This document shows, one piece after another, positions 42,761 to 53,704 of a stretch of 64,000 bases of DNA (within the stretch, counting starts at the first letter, position 1; every line of letters starts with the position of its first letter). Below the pieces are notes generated by a model, which did not search any database, had not been told where the DNA came from, and worked only from the letters and a program-made list of their open reading frames with translations. Origin of the DNA: Planctomycetota bacterium (GTDB lineage: Bacteria; Planctomycetota; UBA1135; UBA2386). Where the stretch lies: positions 6,304,001 to 6,368,000 of the forward strand of contig JBKAGP010000001.1 of NCBI GenBank assembly GCA_046290465.1, read 5' to 3'. The translations under genes and the position numbers were made by a program.

Positions 42761-43330
42761 ATGAACTCGCCGCTGCGCCATGTCACCCGCTGCCTGGTCG
42801 GCGGCATCGTCGCGCTGCTGCCGATCGGCGGCACGGTGCTCGGCGTCGTCTACCTCGAGAAGACGCTGAGCGAGTCGTTCCGTGACCAGGGCTGGTACTT
42901 CTGGGGACTGGGCCTGCTGGTCGCGCTGCTGGCGATCTACGTCGTCGGCCTGTTCGTCACGACGTTCGTCGGCCGCTGGCTGTGGCGGGCGCTGGACAAA
43001 TTGCTCGAACGGCTGCCGCTGGTCGGCACGCTCTACCAGTCGCTCAAGGAGGTGCTCGGTTACGACACCGATCGCGACCGCTTCTTCGAATCGGTGGTCG
43101 CGGTGAAGGTCGGCGAAGGCTTCGAGATCGGGCTCGTCACCGGCACGGCGGACGGTCCCGATGGCACCGAGCACACGCTCGTGTTCGTGCCGAGTTCGCC
43201 GAATCCGACCAACGGGCGGTTGTTGTTGCTGCCTCCGGGTCGCATCCAGAAGCTCGATCTGCGCGCGGCGGACGCCCTACGCGGGCTGGTGTCGATGGGC
43301 AAGACCCCGTTGAAGTCGGACGACGCCTGA
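42761..43330 (+). CDS. DUF502 family membrane protein
   Basis: LLPIGGT; two TM helices; LERLPLVGTLY.SLK; IGLVT; VFVPSSPNPTNG; LVSMG. Confidence 0.85.
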   Translation: MNSPLRHVTRCLVGGIVALLPIGGTVLGVVYLEKTLSESFRDQGWYFWGLGLLVALLAIYVVGLFVTTFVGRWLWRALDKLLERLPLVGTLYQSLKEVLGYDTDRDRFFESVVAVKVGEGFEIGLVTGTADGPDGTEHTLVFVPSSPNPTNGRLLLLPPGRIQKLDLRAADALRGLVSMGKTPLKSDDA

Positions 43331-43388
43331 CGACGCATCCGCCTCGTTGTTGCAATCGAACCGTCGCTTGCGGATCGTCTTTGCACCC

Positions 43389-44074
43389 ATGACCTGGCTG
43401 TCCTCCTTCTGGCGGTCGTCGATCGGCGCCAAGGTGACCATGGCGGTCACCGGTTTGGCGCTGTTCGGCTTCGTCGTTATGCACCTGCTCGGCAACCTGC
43501 AGCTCCTGCAGGGCCCCGACAAAATCAACGCCTACGCCAAGTGGCTGCACGACCTGGGCCCCTTGCTGTGGGTGGCCCGGATCGGCCTCCTGGTCGTGTT
43601 CGTGCTGCACGTGGTGACCGCGATCCGGCTGTCGCAGGCCAACAAGGCCGCGCGCCCGGTCGCCTACCAGCGGCCCAACACCGTGCAGGCGTCGATGGCG
43701 TCACGCTCGATGGTGCTGAGCGGCCTGTCGCTGCTGGTGTTCGTGATCTACCACCTGCTGCACTTCACGTTCGGCGTCACCAACCCGTCGCACCACGAGC
43801 TGAAGGGCAAGGGTGCCGACGGCCACGACGTCTACGCGATGGTGACGGCGAGCTTCGGCAACCCGGTGATCGCGATCGCCTACGCGGCCTTCCAGGTCGT
43901 GCTGTTCCTGCACCTCAGCCACGGCGTGCAGAGCCTCGCGCAGACGCTGGGGCTCCACCACGCCCGATACACCCCGATGATCAAGACCGTGTCGTTCGTG
44001 CTCGCGCTGGCGATCGCCGGCGGCAACGTGCTGCTCGCCATGTCCGTGCAACTCGGCCTCGTGGAGGTGGCGCG

Positions 44075-44078
<4 letters not shown>
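43389..44078 (+). CDS. sdhC: Succinate dehydrogenase cytochrome b subunit
   Basis: SSIGAK..MAVTGL.L..F...HL.GNL; heme-ligating His residues; HLSHG..S..QTLG; operon context. Confidence 0.92.
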
Positions 44079-45984
<1,906 letters not shown>

Positions 45985-45985
<1 letters not shown>

Positions 45986-46809
45986 TGAAGGTCACCCTCC
46001 ACATCTGGCGTCAGAGCAAGCCGAGCACGAAGGACGACTTCGCGCAGGACGGCAAGATGGTCCGCTACGAGCTAGACCATGTCTCCGCGGACATGTCGTT
46101 CCTCGAGATGCTCGACGTGCTCAACGAGGACCTGATCAAGAAGGGCGAGGACCCCGTCGCGTTCGACCACGACTGCCGCGAAGGCATCTGTGGCTCGTGT
46201 GGCGTGATGATCGACGGCGTCGCGCACGGGCCTGAGAAGGGCACGACCGCCTGCCAGCTGCACATGCGCAGCTTCCAGGACGGCGCCGAGATCTACATCG
46301 AGCCGTGGCGCGCCAAGGCGTTCCCGGTGATGCGCGACCTGGTCGTCGACCGCAGCTCGTTCGACCGCGTCGTGCAGGCCGGCGCCTACGTATCGGTCAA
46401 CACCGGCGCGCCGCAGGACGCCAACGCGATCCCGGTGCCGAAGAGCGACGCCGACAAGGCGTTCGACGCCGCGACCTGCATCGGCTGCGGCGCCTGCGTC
46501 GCGTCCTGCAAGAACGCCTCGGCGATGCTGTTCGTCGGCGCCAAGGTGTCGCACTTCGCGCACCTGCCACAGGGCCGCGTCGAGCGCACCGAGCGGGCCC
46601 GCAGCCTGGTCGAGGCGATGGACGCCGAGGGCTTCGGCAACTGCACCAACCAGTACGAGTGCGAGGCGGTCTGTCCGAAGGAGATCCCGGTGCGGGTGAT
46701 CGCCGACATGAACCGCGAGTACCTGCGCGCGAAAGCCGTCGAGGAAAGTAGCTGTCGATCGACTGGTCATCCTCCGACTGCCGCTGCGCTCGCGGAAGTT
46801 GGAGGATGA
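45985..46809 (+). CDS. sdhB: Succinate dehydrogenase/fumarate reductase Fe-S subunit
   Basis: [20 protein letters not shown] and [12 protein letters not shown] motifs; TAATG overlap with sdhA. Confidence 0.96.
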
Positions 46810-46814
46810 ACCAG
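46763..46814 (+). repeat. Long stem-loop (REP-like or terminator) overlapping the sdhB 3' end
   Basis: TCATCCTCCGACT pairs with AGTTGGAGGATGA (one G-U); inner CCGC/GCGG; outer CTGG/CCAG. Confidence 0.65.
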
Positions 46815-46910
46815 GTACCGTACGGCAAGTCGGTGGGCTTACATGGTGCTTGCGATGCGGGGGGTGGGGACGGGTTAGAGTCCGGTGCACGTCGCCGATC
46901 AGGACCCGCC

Positions 46911-48557
46911 ATGAAGACCCAACTGCTCTGCTCTGCCTTCACGTTCCTCGCGGCGCTGCCGGCGCAGGAGCCCACGACACCCTCGAGCATGCCCGTTCGC
47001 GAGCTGACCGCGTTCAAGGACGGGCACGCCTACGTGCTGCGCGACACCGAACTGCAGAAGTCGGCGGACGGCACCGTGGTGCTCGACGAACTGCCGACGC
47101 CGGTGCTCGGGACGTTCTGGCCGTTCGTGTCGGGCGGCGATGCGCGGCTGGTCTCGGCTCGTTCGGGCCGTGACGAGGTCACGGTCGAGCGGCCCGCGGT
47201 CAGCGTTCTCGAACTGGCCGCAGCCAACGTCGGCAAGGTGGTGACGCTGGAGCTCGCCGACGGCGCGGACGTGTCGGGCAGGCTGCGGGCGATGCCGAAG
47301 CACGACGGCGGCGGCAGCATCCTGCTGGTCGAAGTCGGTGGCGGCGTCCGCGCGATCGCGACCACGCGCGTGCGCGGCATCAGCATCGCCGGCGAGTGCG
47401 CCGTGACGATCGAACAGCAGCGGCAGCAGGCCCGCATCGTGCTCGACGTCGAAGGCGGTGGCGACGGCGCCCGCGTCGGGGTCGTCTACGTCGAGAAGGG
47501 CTTCCGCTGGATCCCGTCGTACCACGTCGACCTCGGCGACGACGGCCGGGCGAAGGTGCAGCTGCAGGCGACGCTGGTCAACGACCTCGTCGACCTCGAC
47601 GGCGCGACCGTCAACCTGGTCGTCGGCGTGCCGAAGTTCGCGTTCGCGGACATGGTCGATCCGATCGCCCTGCAGCAGCGCACCTCGCAGGTGGCGCACG
47701 CGGCGCGGCAGCAGCAGCAGTTCTCCAACTTCCTCGGCAACTCGCTGACGACCCAGGTCGCCGGCTACGCGGTGCCGCAGGGTGGCCAGCCGGCGGCGCA
47801 GCCGGGGCCCGACGTCGGCGCCGGCGAGGCGGCCGAGGACCTGTTCGTGTTTCCGGTGACCGGCGTGCGGCTGAAGAAGGGCGAACGGCTGATCGTGCCG
47901 GTGACCAGCTTCGAGCTGCCGTACGAGGACGCCTACCGCCTCGACGTGCCGATGGCGCCGCCGATGGAGTACCAGCGCGGCCTCAACGACCAGCGCGTGA
48001 TCGAGCTGGCGCGCCAGCTGGCGGCGCCGAAGGTCGTGCACCTGCTGCGTTTCGACAACACCGGCCCGGGTCCGCTGACGACCGCGCCCGCGTTGGTGTT
48101 CGCCAAGGGCCGGATCCTGGCGCAGGGGCACATGAAGTACACGCCGCGCGGCGCCAAGGCCGACCTCGAGATCAACACCGCGATCGACGTCTGCATCGAG
48201 ACCGAGGAGCACGAGACCGGCCGCGAGGACAACGTCCGGATGCGCGACGCGCGCTACTCCAAGATCGACCTGACCGGCACCATCGAGTTGCACAACGCCA
48301 AGTCGGAGCCGGTCGAGGTCGAGGTCACGCGTCGCGTGCTGGGCCACGTCGACGAGGTCGACCGCGACGGCCAGAAAGTGCAGCTGGACCTGGTCGGTGC
48401 ATGGGCCGATTCGCCACGGCCGCAGTGGTGGGGCTGGTGGAGCTGGCCGTGGTGGTGGTACCACCACAACGGCTTCGGCGAGTGCCGCTGGACGGTGAAG
48501 CTCGAAGCCAACCAACGGGTCGCGCTGACCGCCCGCTGGCACTACTACTGGCGCTGA
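46911..48557 (+). CDS. Secreted DUF4139-like protein with a Trp-rich C-terminus
   Basis: Signal peptide; ELTAFKDGHAYV, RWIPSYHVDL and LVVGVP resemble DUF4140/DUF4139 proteins. Confidence 0.6.
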   Translation: MKTQLLCSAFTFLAALPAQEPTTPSSMPVRELTAFKDGHAYVLRDTELQKSADGTVVLDELPTPVLGTFWPFVSGGDARLVSARSGRDEVTVERPAVSVLELAAANVGKVVTLELADGADVSGRLRAMPKHDGGGSILLVEVGGGVRAIATTRVRGISIAGECAVTIEQQRQQARIVLDVEGGGDGARVGVVYVEKGFRWIPSYHVDLGDDGRAKVQLQATLVNDLVDLDGATVNLVVGVPKFAFADMVDPIALQQRTSQVAHAARQQQQFSNFLGNSLTTQVAGYAVPQGGQPAAQPGPDVGAGEAAEDLFVFPVTGVRLKKGERLIVPVTSFELPYEDAYRLDVPMAPPMEYQRGLNDQRVIELARQLAAPKVVHLLRFDNTGPGPLTTAPALVFAKGRILAQGHMKYTPRGAKADLEINTAIDVCIETEEHETGREDNVRMRDARYSKIDLTGTIELHNAKSEPVEVEVTRRVLGHVDEVDRDGQKVQLDLVGAWADSPRPQWWGWWSWPWWWYHHNGFGECRWTVKLEANQRVALTARWHYYWR

Positions 48558-49247
48558 GTGCAAGAACACGACTTCCAACGCGACGGCCATTCGGTGCACG
48601 CGGACGTGCTGGCGCCGGCGCTGGTGGCGCCCGTCACCGCGGCCTTCGGGCAGCTGCTCGCAGACGGCGCCGGCGAACGTGCGGCGCTGTCGCACCCCGC
48701 GATCGAGGCGTTGGCTCGCTCCCACGAAGTGCGCCGGCTGGTCGAGCCGGTGCTCGGGGCCGCCGCGTTTGCGTTCCGGGCCACGTTGTTCGACAAGTGC
48801 GCCGACCGCAACTGGCCGGTCGCCTGGCATCAGGACCGTACGGTTCCTGTACAGCGACGCATCGACGCCGCCGGCTATCGCAACTGGTCCCACAAGGGCG
48901 CCGTCTGGTTCTGCGAACCGCCGCGGTCCGCGCACCAGGACCACCTTGCGGTGCGCGTCGACCTCGACGGCTCGGGCCCGGACAACGGCGGCCTGCGTGT
49001 CCTGCCGGCGAGCCACCGCGATGGCGTGCTGACGCCCGAGCAGATCGCCGCCGCCGTCGCGGAGCGGTCGCCGCGATGCCCCGAAGTTGTCGCGGGCGGA
49101 GCGCTGCGCATGCGCCCGCTGCTGCTGCATTCGTCGCGAAGGTCGCTGGTAGCGGGACATCGGCGCGTCGTGCACTTCGAGTTCGCCGCCCGCGAGCTGC
49201 CCGGTGGGGTGCGGTTCGCTGCCCGGATCGGTGCGGCCCAGGAATAG
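48558..49247 (+). CDS. Fe(II)/2-oxoglutarate dioxygenase, PhyH family
   Basis: FDK....NW.V.WHQD, NGGLRVLPASH, PLLLHSS and RRVVHFEF motifs. Confidence 0.85.
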   Translation: MQEHDFQRDGHSVHADVLAPALVAPVTAAFGQLLADGAGERAALSHPAIEALARSHEVRRLVEPVLGAAAFAFRATLFDKCADRNWPVAWHQDRTVPVQRRIDAAGYRNWSHKGAVWFCEPPRSAHQDHLAVRVDLDGSGPDNGGLRVLPASHRDGVLTPEQIAAAVAERSPRCPEVVAGGALRMRPLLLHSSRRSLVAGHRRVVHFEFAARELPGGVRFAARIGAAQE

Positions 49248-49388
49248 CAGGGACCCCGGCGCGTCTGAGCACGTGTCGCAGTCACGAGCTTGCAGGCGCG
49301 ATCGTGGCGGATGGCCTGGCCGGGAGTTTCCCCGGCGCTCGCACATCCTTCACGGCCTGCGGTTCTGCTGCCGATGTTGGAGAGCACG

Positions 49389-49811
49389 ATGTCCACCCCC
49401 CTCGACGAGACCCCCCTCGACCAGCCCCTCATCGGAGGGGACTTCGCCGCCGTGCGCGCGCGCTACGGCGCGCCGCTCGGTTGCTCGCACGAGGAGGGGG
49501 TGCTGCGACTGACCTACCTCGGCCCGGACGGCAACGCGATCGACGGCGCGATCGAGCTGACCGACGGCGTCGTCGCCACCGAGCACGTCGGTCTGCACCC
49601 GACCCCGACCGGCAGCGGCGACCGCTGCGTCGGCCAACCGATCGAGTGCATCCTGCCGAGGTTGGGCGCGCCGGACCGGGTGGTCTCGCGCGACGACTGC
49701 ACGCGGCTCGAGTTCGCCGACTGCGTCGTGACGGTCTACGGCGGGGTGATCGTCTGCGTCGTGCCGATCCTGCCGTCGGTGACGGCGCCTACACCGCGAG
49801 CATCAGCGTGA
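49389..49811 (+). CDS. Hypothetical protein with two SmpA/BLIP-like half repeats
   Basis: GGAGAG RBS; internal duplication IG....V.A.YGAP / VG....I...LGAP. The 3' end overlaps mgtE by 23 nt. Confidence 0.5.
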   Translation: MSTPLDETPLDQPLIGGDFAAVRARYGAPLGCSHEEGVLRLTYLGPDGNAIDGAIELTDGVVATEHVGLHPTPTGSGDRCVGQPIECILPRLGAPDRVVSRDDCTRLEFADCVVTVYGGVIVCVVPILPSVTAPTPRASA

Positions 49812-51180
49812 CCATCACCAGGTAGATCGCGGCGCCGGTCAGATCGGCGATCGCGGTCACCGCCGGCGTGCTGATCATCGCCGGGTCGCCGCGCAGCCGT
49901 TTGACCACCAGCGGCGTCAGCGCGCCGAGCAGAGCGGCGCTGAGCACGTGGCCGACCATCGCCGCGCCGATCGCAGCGCCGGCCATCAGCACCAGCTCGA
50001 GCGTGTCGCCGGTGTCGCGCACCTTGCTGACCAGCAGCGTGTCGAGGAACGCGATCGCGCCGAGCAGCACGGCCATCAGGCCGGCGACCCGGAGTTCCTT
50101 CCACAGCACGCGGGTCAGCGTGGTCTTCTCGACGTCGCCGACCGTCAGCGCGCGGATCACCAGCGCGCTCGCCTGGGTGCCGACCATGCCGCCGGTCGCC
50201 ATCACCATCGGCAGCAGCGACGTCAGCAGCACCATCTTCTCGAGCGTCGCCTCGAACGCGATGATCACCGTCGACGTCGTGACCCAGAACAGCGCCAGCA
50301 GGCAGATCACCGGCGCCCGGCGCCGCACCTGGCGCAGCACCGGCTCGTCCATGTAGTCGTAGTCGCCGGGCTCGACGCCGTGGCCGGTGACGCCGGCCAT
50401 CTTCTCGAAGTCCTCCTGCGCCTCCTCCTCGACGATGTCGACGGCGTCGTCGTGCGAGACGATGCCGACCAGGTTGCCGACCGAGTCGACCACCGGCAGC
50501 GCGATCAGGTCGTAGTCGCGGATCAGGCGTGCGGCCTCCTCCTGGTCGGCGTCGGCGGTGATCGAGACCAGGTCGGTCTTCATGACCTCTTCGATCTTCT
50601 CGTCGGGATCGGCGAGGATCAGGTCGCGCAACGACACGAACCCGACCAGCTGGCCGGCGCGGTCGAGCACGTAGCTGTAGTAGATCGTCTCCTTGCTCGG
50701 CGCCTGCCGCCGCAGCGCGCCGATCGCGCTGCGCGCGGTCGCGGTCGGGCTCAGCACCGCGTACTCGGTGCTCAGGATCGCGCCGACCTGGTCCTCGTCG
50801 AACGTGTCGCGGCGCAGCAGGTCCTCGCGCGCCGCTGCCGACAGCATCGGGATCAGGCGCCGGCGGATCGAGTCGTCGAGCCGTTCGAGGAAGCCGGCGC
50901 GGTCGTCGGACAGCATGCCCTGCAGCACGTGCTGCACGCGTTCGCGGCCGGCGCCGTCGACGTAGGCTTCCTGCACCTCGGGGTCGAGGTAGCCGAACAC
51001 GTCGCGTTCGAAGTCGCCGGGCAGGTGCGCCAGCACCGACGCGATCTCCTCGACGTCGAGACCTTCGAGGATCGTGGCTGCGTCGCTCGGGTGCATGTCC
51101 TGCAGCACCTCGACGAGGTCCTGGTGCCGCCCTTCGGCGAGCAGTTCCCGGATCTCAGGTGTCAACAGGTGGAATCGCAT
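49789..51180 (-). CDS. mgtE: Magnesium transporter MgtE
   Basis: Acidic N-domain; CBS pair (ETIYYSYV...L.G.VSLRDL, ALPVVD...LVGIVS.DD); TM domain with GG.VG.Q and P.VTAIAD. Confidence 0.95.
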   Translation of the reverse strand: MRFHLLTPEIRELLAEGRHQDLVEVLQDMHPSDAATILEGLDVEEIASVLAHLPGDFERDVFGYLDPEVQEAYVDGAGRERVQHVLQGMLSDDRAGFLERLDDSIRRRLIPMLSAAAREDLLRRDTFDEDQVGAILSTEYAVLSPTATARSAIGALRRQAPSKETIYYSYVLDRAGQLVGFVSLRDLILADPDEKIEEVMKTDLVSITADADQEEAARLIRDYDLIALPVVDSVGNLVGIVSHDDAVDIVEEEAQEDFEKMAGVTGHGVEPGDYDYMDEPVLRQVRRRAPVICLLALFWVTTSTVIIAFEATLEKMVLLTSLLPMVMATGGMVGTQASALVIRALTVGDVEKTTLTRVLWKELRVAGLMAVLLGAIAFLDTLLVSKVRDTGDTLELVLMAGAAIGAAMVGHVLSAALLGALTPLVVKRLRGDPAMISTPAVTAIADLTGAAIYLVMVTLMLAV

Positions 51181-51333
51181 GCCGATCTGCCGTTCGCGCC
51201 GCGGAACGTTAGCCACTCCGTTCGTTGGATGCACTTCCCCGCAAACCGTTTGCGTGGGGAGGGAGTGGGCGTCGTGATGCCGCCGCGGCCTCGGTCGCCG
51301 CTTCGCGACTACCGTCTCCGGAGTGGAGGAAAC

Positions 51334-51410
<77 letters not shown>

Positions 51411-51517
51411 ACCTTCGATCCGGCGGCTCTGGGCCGCGAATCGAGCGCGAAAACGTAGCCACCGTCGGGGGCTTCGTCAAGCGTTCTCGATGCCTGCGAC
51501 CCAGATCGGGACCAGCT

Positions 51518-51919
51518 TTATCGCACCGCGGCGGTCGCCTCGAGTTCGAGCAGGCAGCCGTGGTGCAGGCCACCGCAAGGGATGATCGCGCGGGCCGGCT
51601 TGTGGTCGCCGAACCAGGCGGCGTAGGTGCGGTTGACCGCGTCCCAGTGCTCGATGTCGCTGACGTAGATGCGGACCTGCAGCACGTGTTCGCGGTCGCT
51701 GCCGGCGGCCTGCAGCAGGTTGTCGAGGTTGTCGAGCGCGCGCACGGTCTGCGCCTCGATGCCGTCGGGCACCGCCCGCGTCCGTGGATCCATCGGCAGC
51801 TGGCCGCTGACGAACAGCAGGCCGCCGTGCTCGACGACCGGAGAGTAGTGGCCGGCGGGGGTGGGGATGCGCGGGTCGTCGGGGACGTTCATGTCGGGAA
51901 TGGTCGTGCCGGGGGTCAT
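51518..51919 (-). CDS. RidA/YjgF family reactive-intermediate deaminase
   Basis: P.GHYS, LFVSGQLP, N..Y..WF..HKPAR (catalytic Arg) and LLELEA motifs; ATGA overlap with the upstream gene. Confidence 0.9.
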   Translation of the reverse strand: MTPGTTIPDMNVPDDPRIPTPAGHYSPVVEHGGLLFVSGQLPMDPRTRAVPDGIEAQTVRALDNLDNLLQAAGSDREHVLQVRIYVSDIEHWDAVNRTYAAWFGDHKPARAIIPCGGLHHGCLLELEATAAVR

Positions 51920-52422
51920 GGCCTTGCGGCCGCGATTCGCTCGAACTGGTGGGTGGTCGGGTGGCGGCGAATCCGGTCGTGGCGGTCGACGATGCCGTGC
52001 ATGGCGACGTAGACGCCAGGCTCGGCCAGCTGCAGCGCGCCGACCGCGCAGCCGACGTTCATCGGCGAGTCGGAATCGGCGAACCGCTCGGGCCGCATCG
52101 CGCCGGTCAGCACCACGCGCTTGTGGGCGACGCGCCGGGCGAGGAACGCCGCGGTCTCGAGCAGGGTGTCGGTGCCGTGCGTGACGACGACGTGGTCGTT
52201 GCGGTCGTCGTCGATCAGCTGCGCCAGCCGAGCGCGGTCGGCGTCGTCGATCTCGCTGCTGTCCTTCTGGAACGCGGTGCGCACGTCGAACGCGAACGAC
52301 GGCTGCCAGCGGCGCAGCAACCGTTCGGTCGCGGGTTCGCCGAACTCGAACGCGTAGCCGCCGGAGCTGCGCGGGTAGTCCTTGTCGATGGTGCCGCCGG
52401 TCTGCACGAACGTGATCCGCAT
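51916..52422 (-). CDS. Short asparaginase-family protein (N-terminal catalytic domain only)
   Basis: TGGTIDK, KDS, THGTDT and VLTGAMRP motifs; 168 aa. Confidence 0.88.
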   Translation of the reverse strand: MRITFVQTGGTIDKDYPRSSGGYAFEFGEPATERLLRRWQPSFAFDVRTAFQKDSSEIDDADRARLAQLIDDDRNDHVVVTHGTDTLLETAAFLARRVAHKRVVLTGAMRPERFADSDSPMNVGCAVGALQLAEPGVYVAMHGIVDRHDRIRRHPTTHQFERIAAARP

Positions 52423-52541
52423 GCGGTCATCGTGCCATGCACGCCGGTCCGGCGTCGCGCGCGTTCTGCGGTTCGCGGCCGGTTGCCGGTGGCGCAGGAA
52501 GGAACTGGTGGCGCAGGATGAACCGGGTTCGGTATGCGGTG

Positions 52542-53624
52542 TCAGCGGCGGCGGCGGGGGGTGGGTTGGTCTTCGAGGGCTTCGGGGAGGTCGGGGGCGA
52601 AGACGATGCGCAGGCCCTGGTTCTGTTCGCGCAGGCGCACGACGGCCTTGGCGCTGACGTCGGTCTTCCAGACGTAGAGGTTCTCGAGCTGCTTCAGGTC
52701 GGCCAGGGCCAGCAGCGCGTAGTCACCGACGCGGGTGTCGAACAGGTTGAGGGTGCGCAGCTCCTTGCACGCGGCGAGCTCCTTGACGCCGGCGTTGGAG
52801 ACCCGCGACTGGCGCAGGTCGAGCTTGGTCAGCCGCTCCATCTTGGCGATCACGGCGCAGCCGCCGTCGCCGACCTGGCTGCGCGCCAGATCGAGCTCGA
52901 AGATGTGGTCGGCGATCGGCAGCAGCTGCGCCATCGCGCGGTCGTCGACGGCGTCGGTGCGGCCGCAGCAGCTGACGCGCAGCAGCGGGTTGTCGTCGCC
53001 GATGCTCTTTACCGAGAACACCGCGTCTTCACCGCCGAACGGCGCGAGCTGCGCTGGCTTCACCGGGTTCAGGCCCTTGCTGAGCGTGACCACCGGCGAC
53101 TTGCCCTTCTTCTTCGGGGTGCCCGACTTCCGGGTCTTCGACGGGCCAGTCTTCGACGAACCGGCCTTCGACGAGCCCTCCTTGTCGTCCTTCTTCTCGT
53201 CGCCCTTCTTCGGCGGAGCCTCCCCGGTCCACTTGCCGTAGTCGGCGCCCTCCTCGATCCAGCGCTTGATCAGTTCGACCTGCTTGTCGGACAGCGGCGG
53301 CCCCTTCTTCGGCGGCGGCATGCGGTCCTCGTCGTCGGCCGGCAGCGTGATCGACTCCATCAGCATCGAGTCGTCCGGCTTCTTGGCGATGATCAGTTTG
53401 CCGCGCTTGCTCTTCTGGATGTTGGCGAGCGTGTCGAGCATGACCCGGCCCTTCGGCCGGCGCTTGCGGCCGTTCTCGTCGACGTAGGTGGCCTGGTGGC
53501 ACTCGGTGCAGTGCTTCTCGAAGATCGGAAAGATGTCTTTGGCGAAGTCGACCTTCGGCTTGTTCGACTGCGCCGTCAGCGGCGCGATCAGGACCATCAA
53601 CAGCAGGGCCAGGCGGGTCATCAT
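52542..53624 (-). CDS. Planctomycete-type cytochrome c domain plus leucine-rich repeats
   Basis: VDFAKDIFPIFEKHCTECH...RMPP...LIKRWIEEGA; Lys-rich linker; LxxLDLxxSxVxxxG LRRs. Confidence 0.88.
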   Translation of the reverse strand: MMTRLALLLMVLIAPLTAQSNKPKVDFAKDIFPIFEKHCTECHQATYVDENGRKRRPKGRVMLDTLANIQKSKRGKLIIAKKPDDSMLMESITLPADDEDRMPPPKKGPPLSDKQVELIKRWIEEGADYGKWTGEAPPKKGDEKKDDKEGSSKAGSSKTGPSKTRKSGTPKKKGKSPVVTLSKGLNPVKPAQLAPFGGEDAVFSVKSIGDDNPLLRVSCCGRTDAVDDRAMAQLLPIADHIFELDLARSQVGDGGCAVIAKMERLTKLDLRQSRVSNAGVKELAACKELRTLNLFDTRVGDYALLALADLKQLENLYVWKTDVSAKAVVRLREQNQGLRIVFAPDLPEALEDQPTPRRRR

Positions 53625-53704
53625 GCAGGGGTGGGGTCGGGGCGGGGGGGCGGACGGGTTCGGGCCGGAAGCCGCGCGGGCCGGATAGGACGGCCGATGC
53701 CGGA

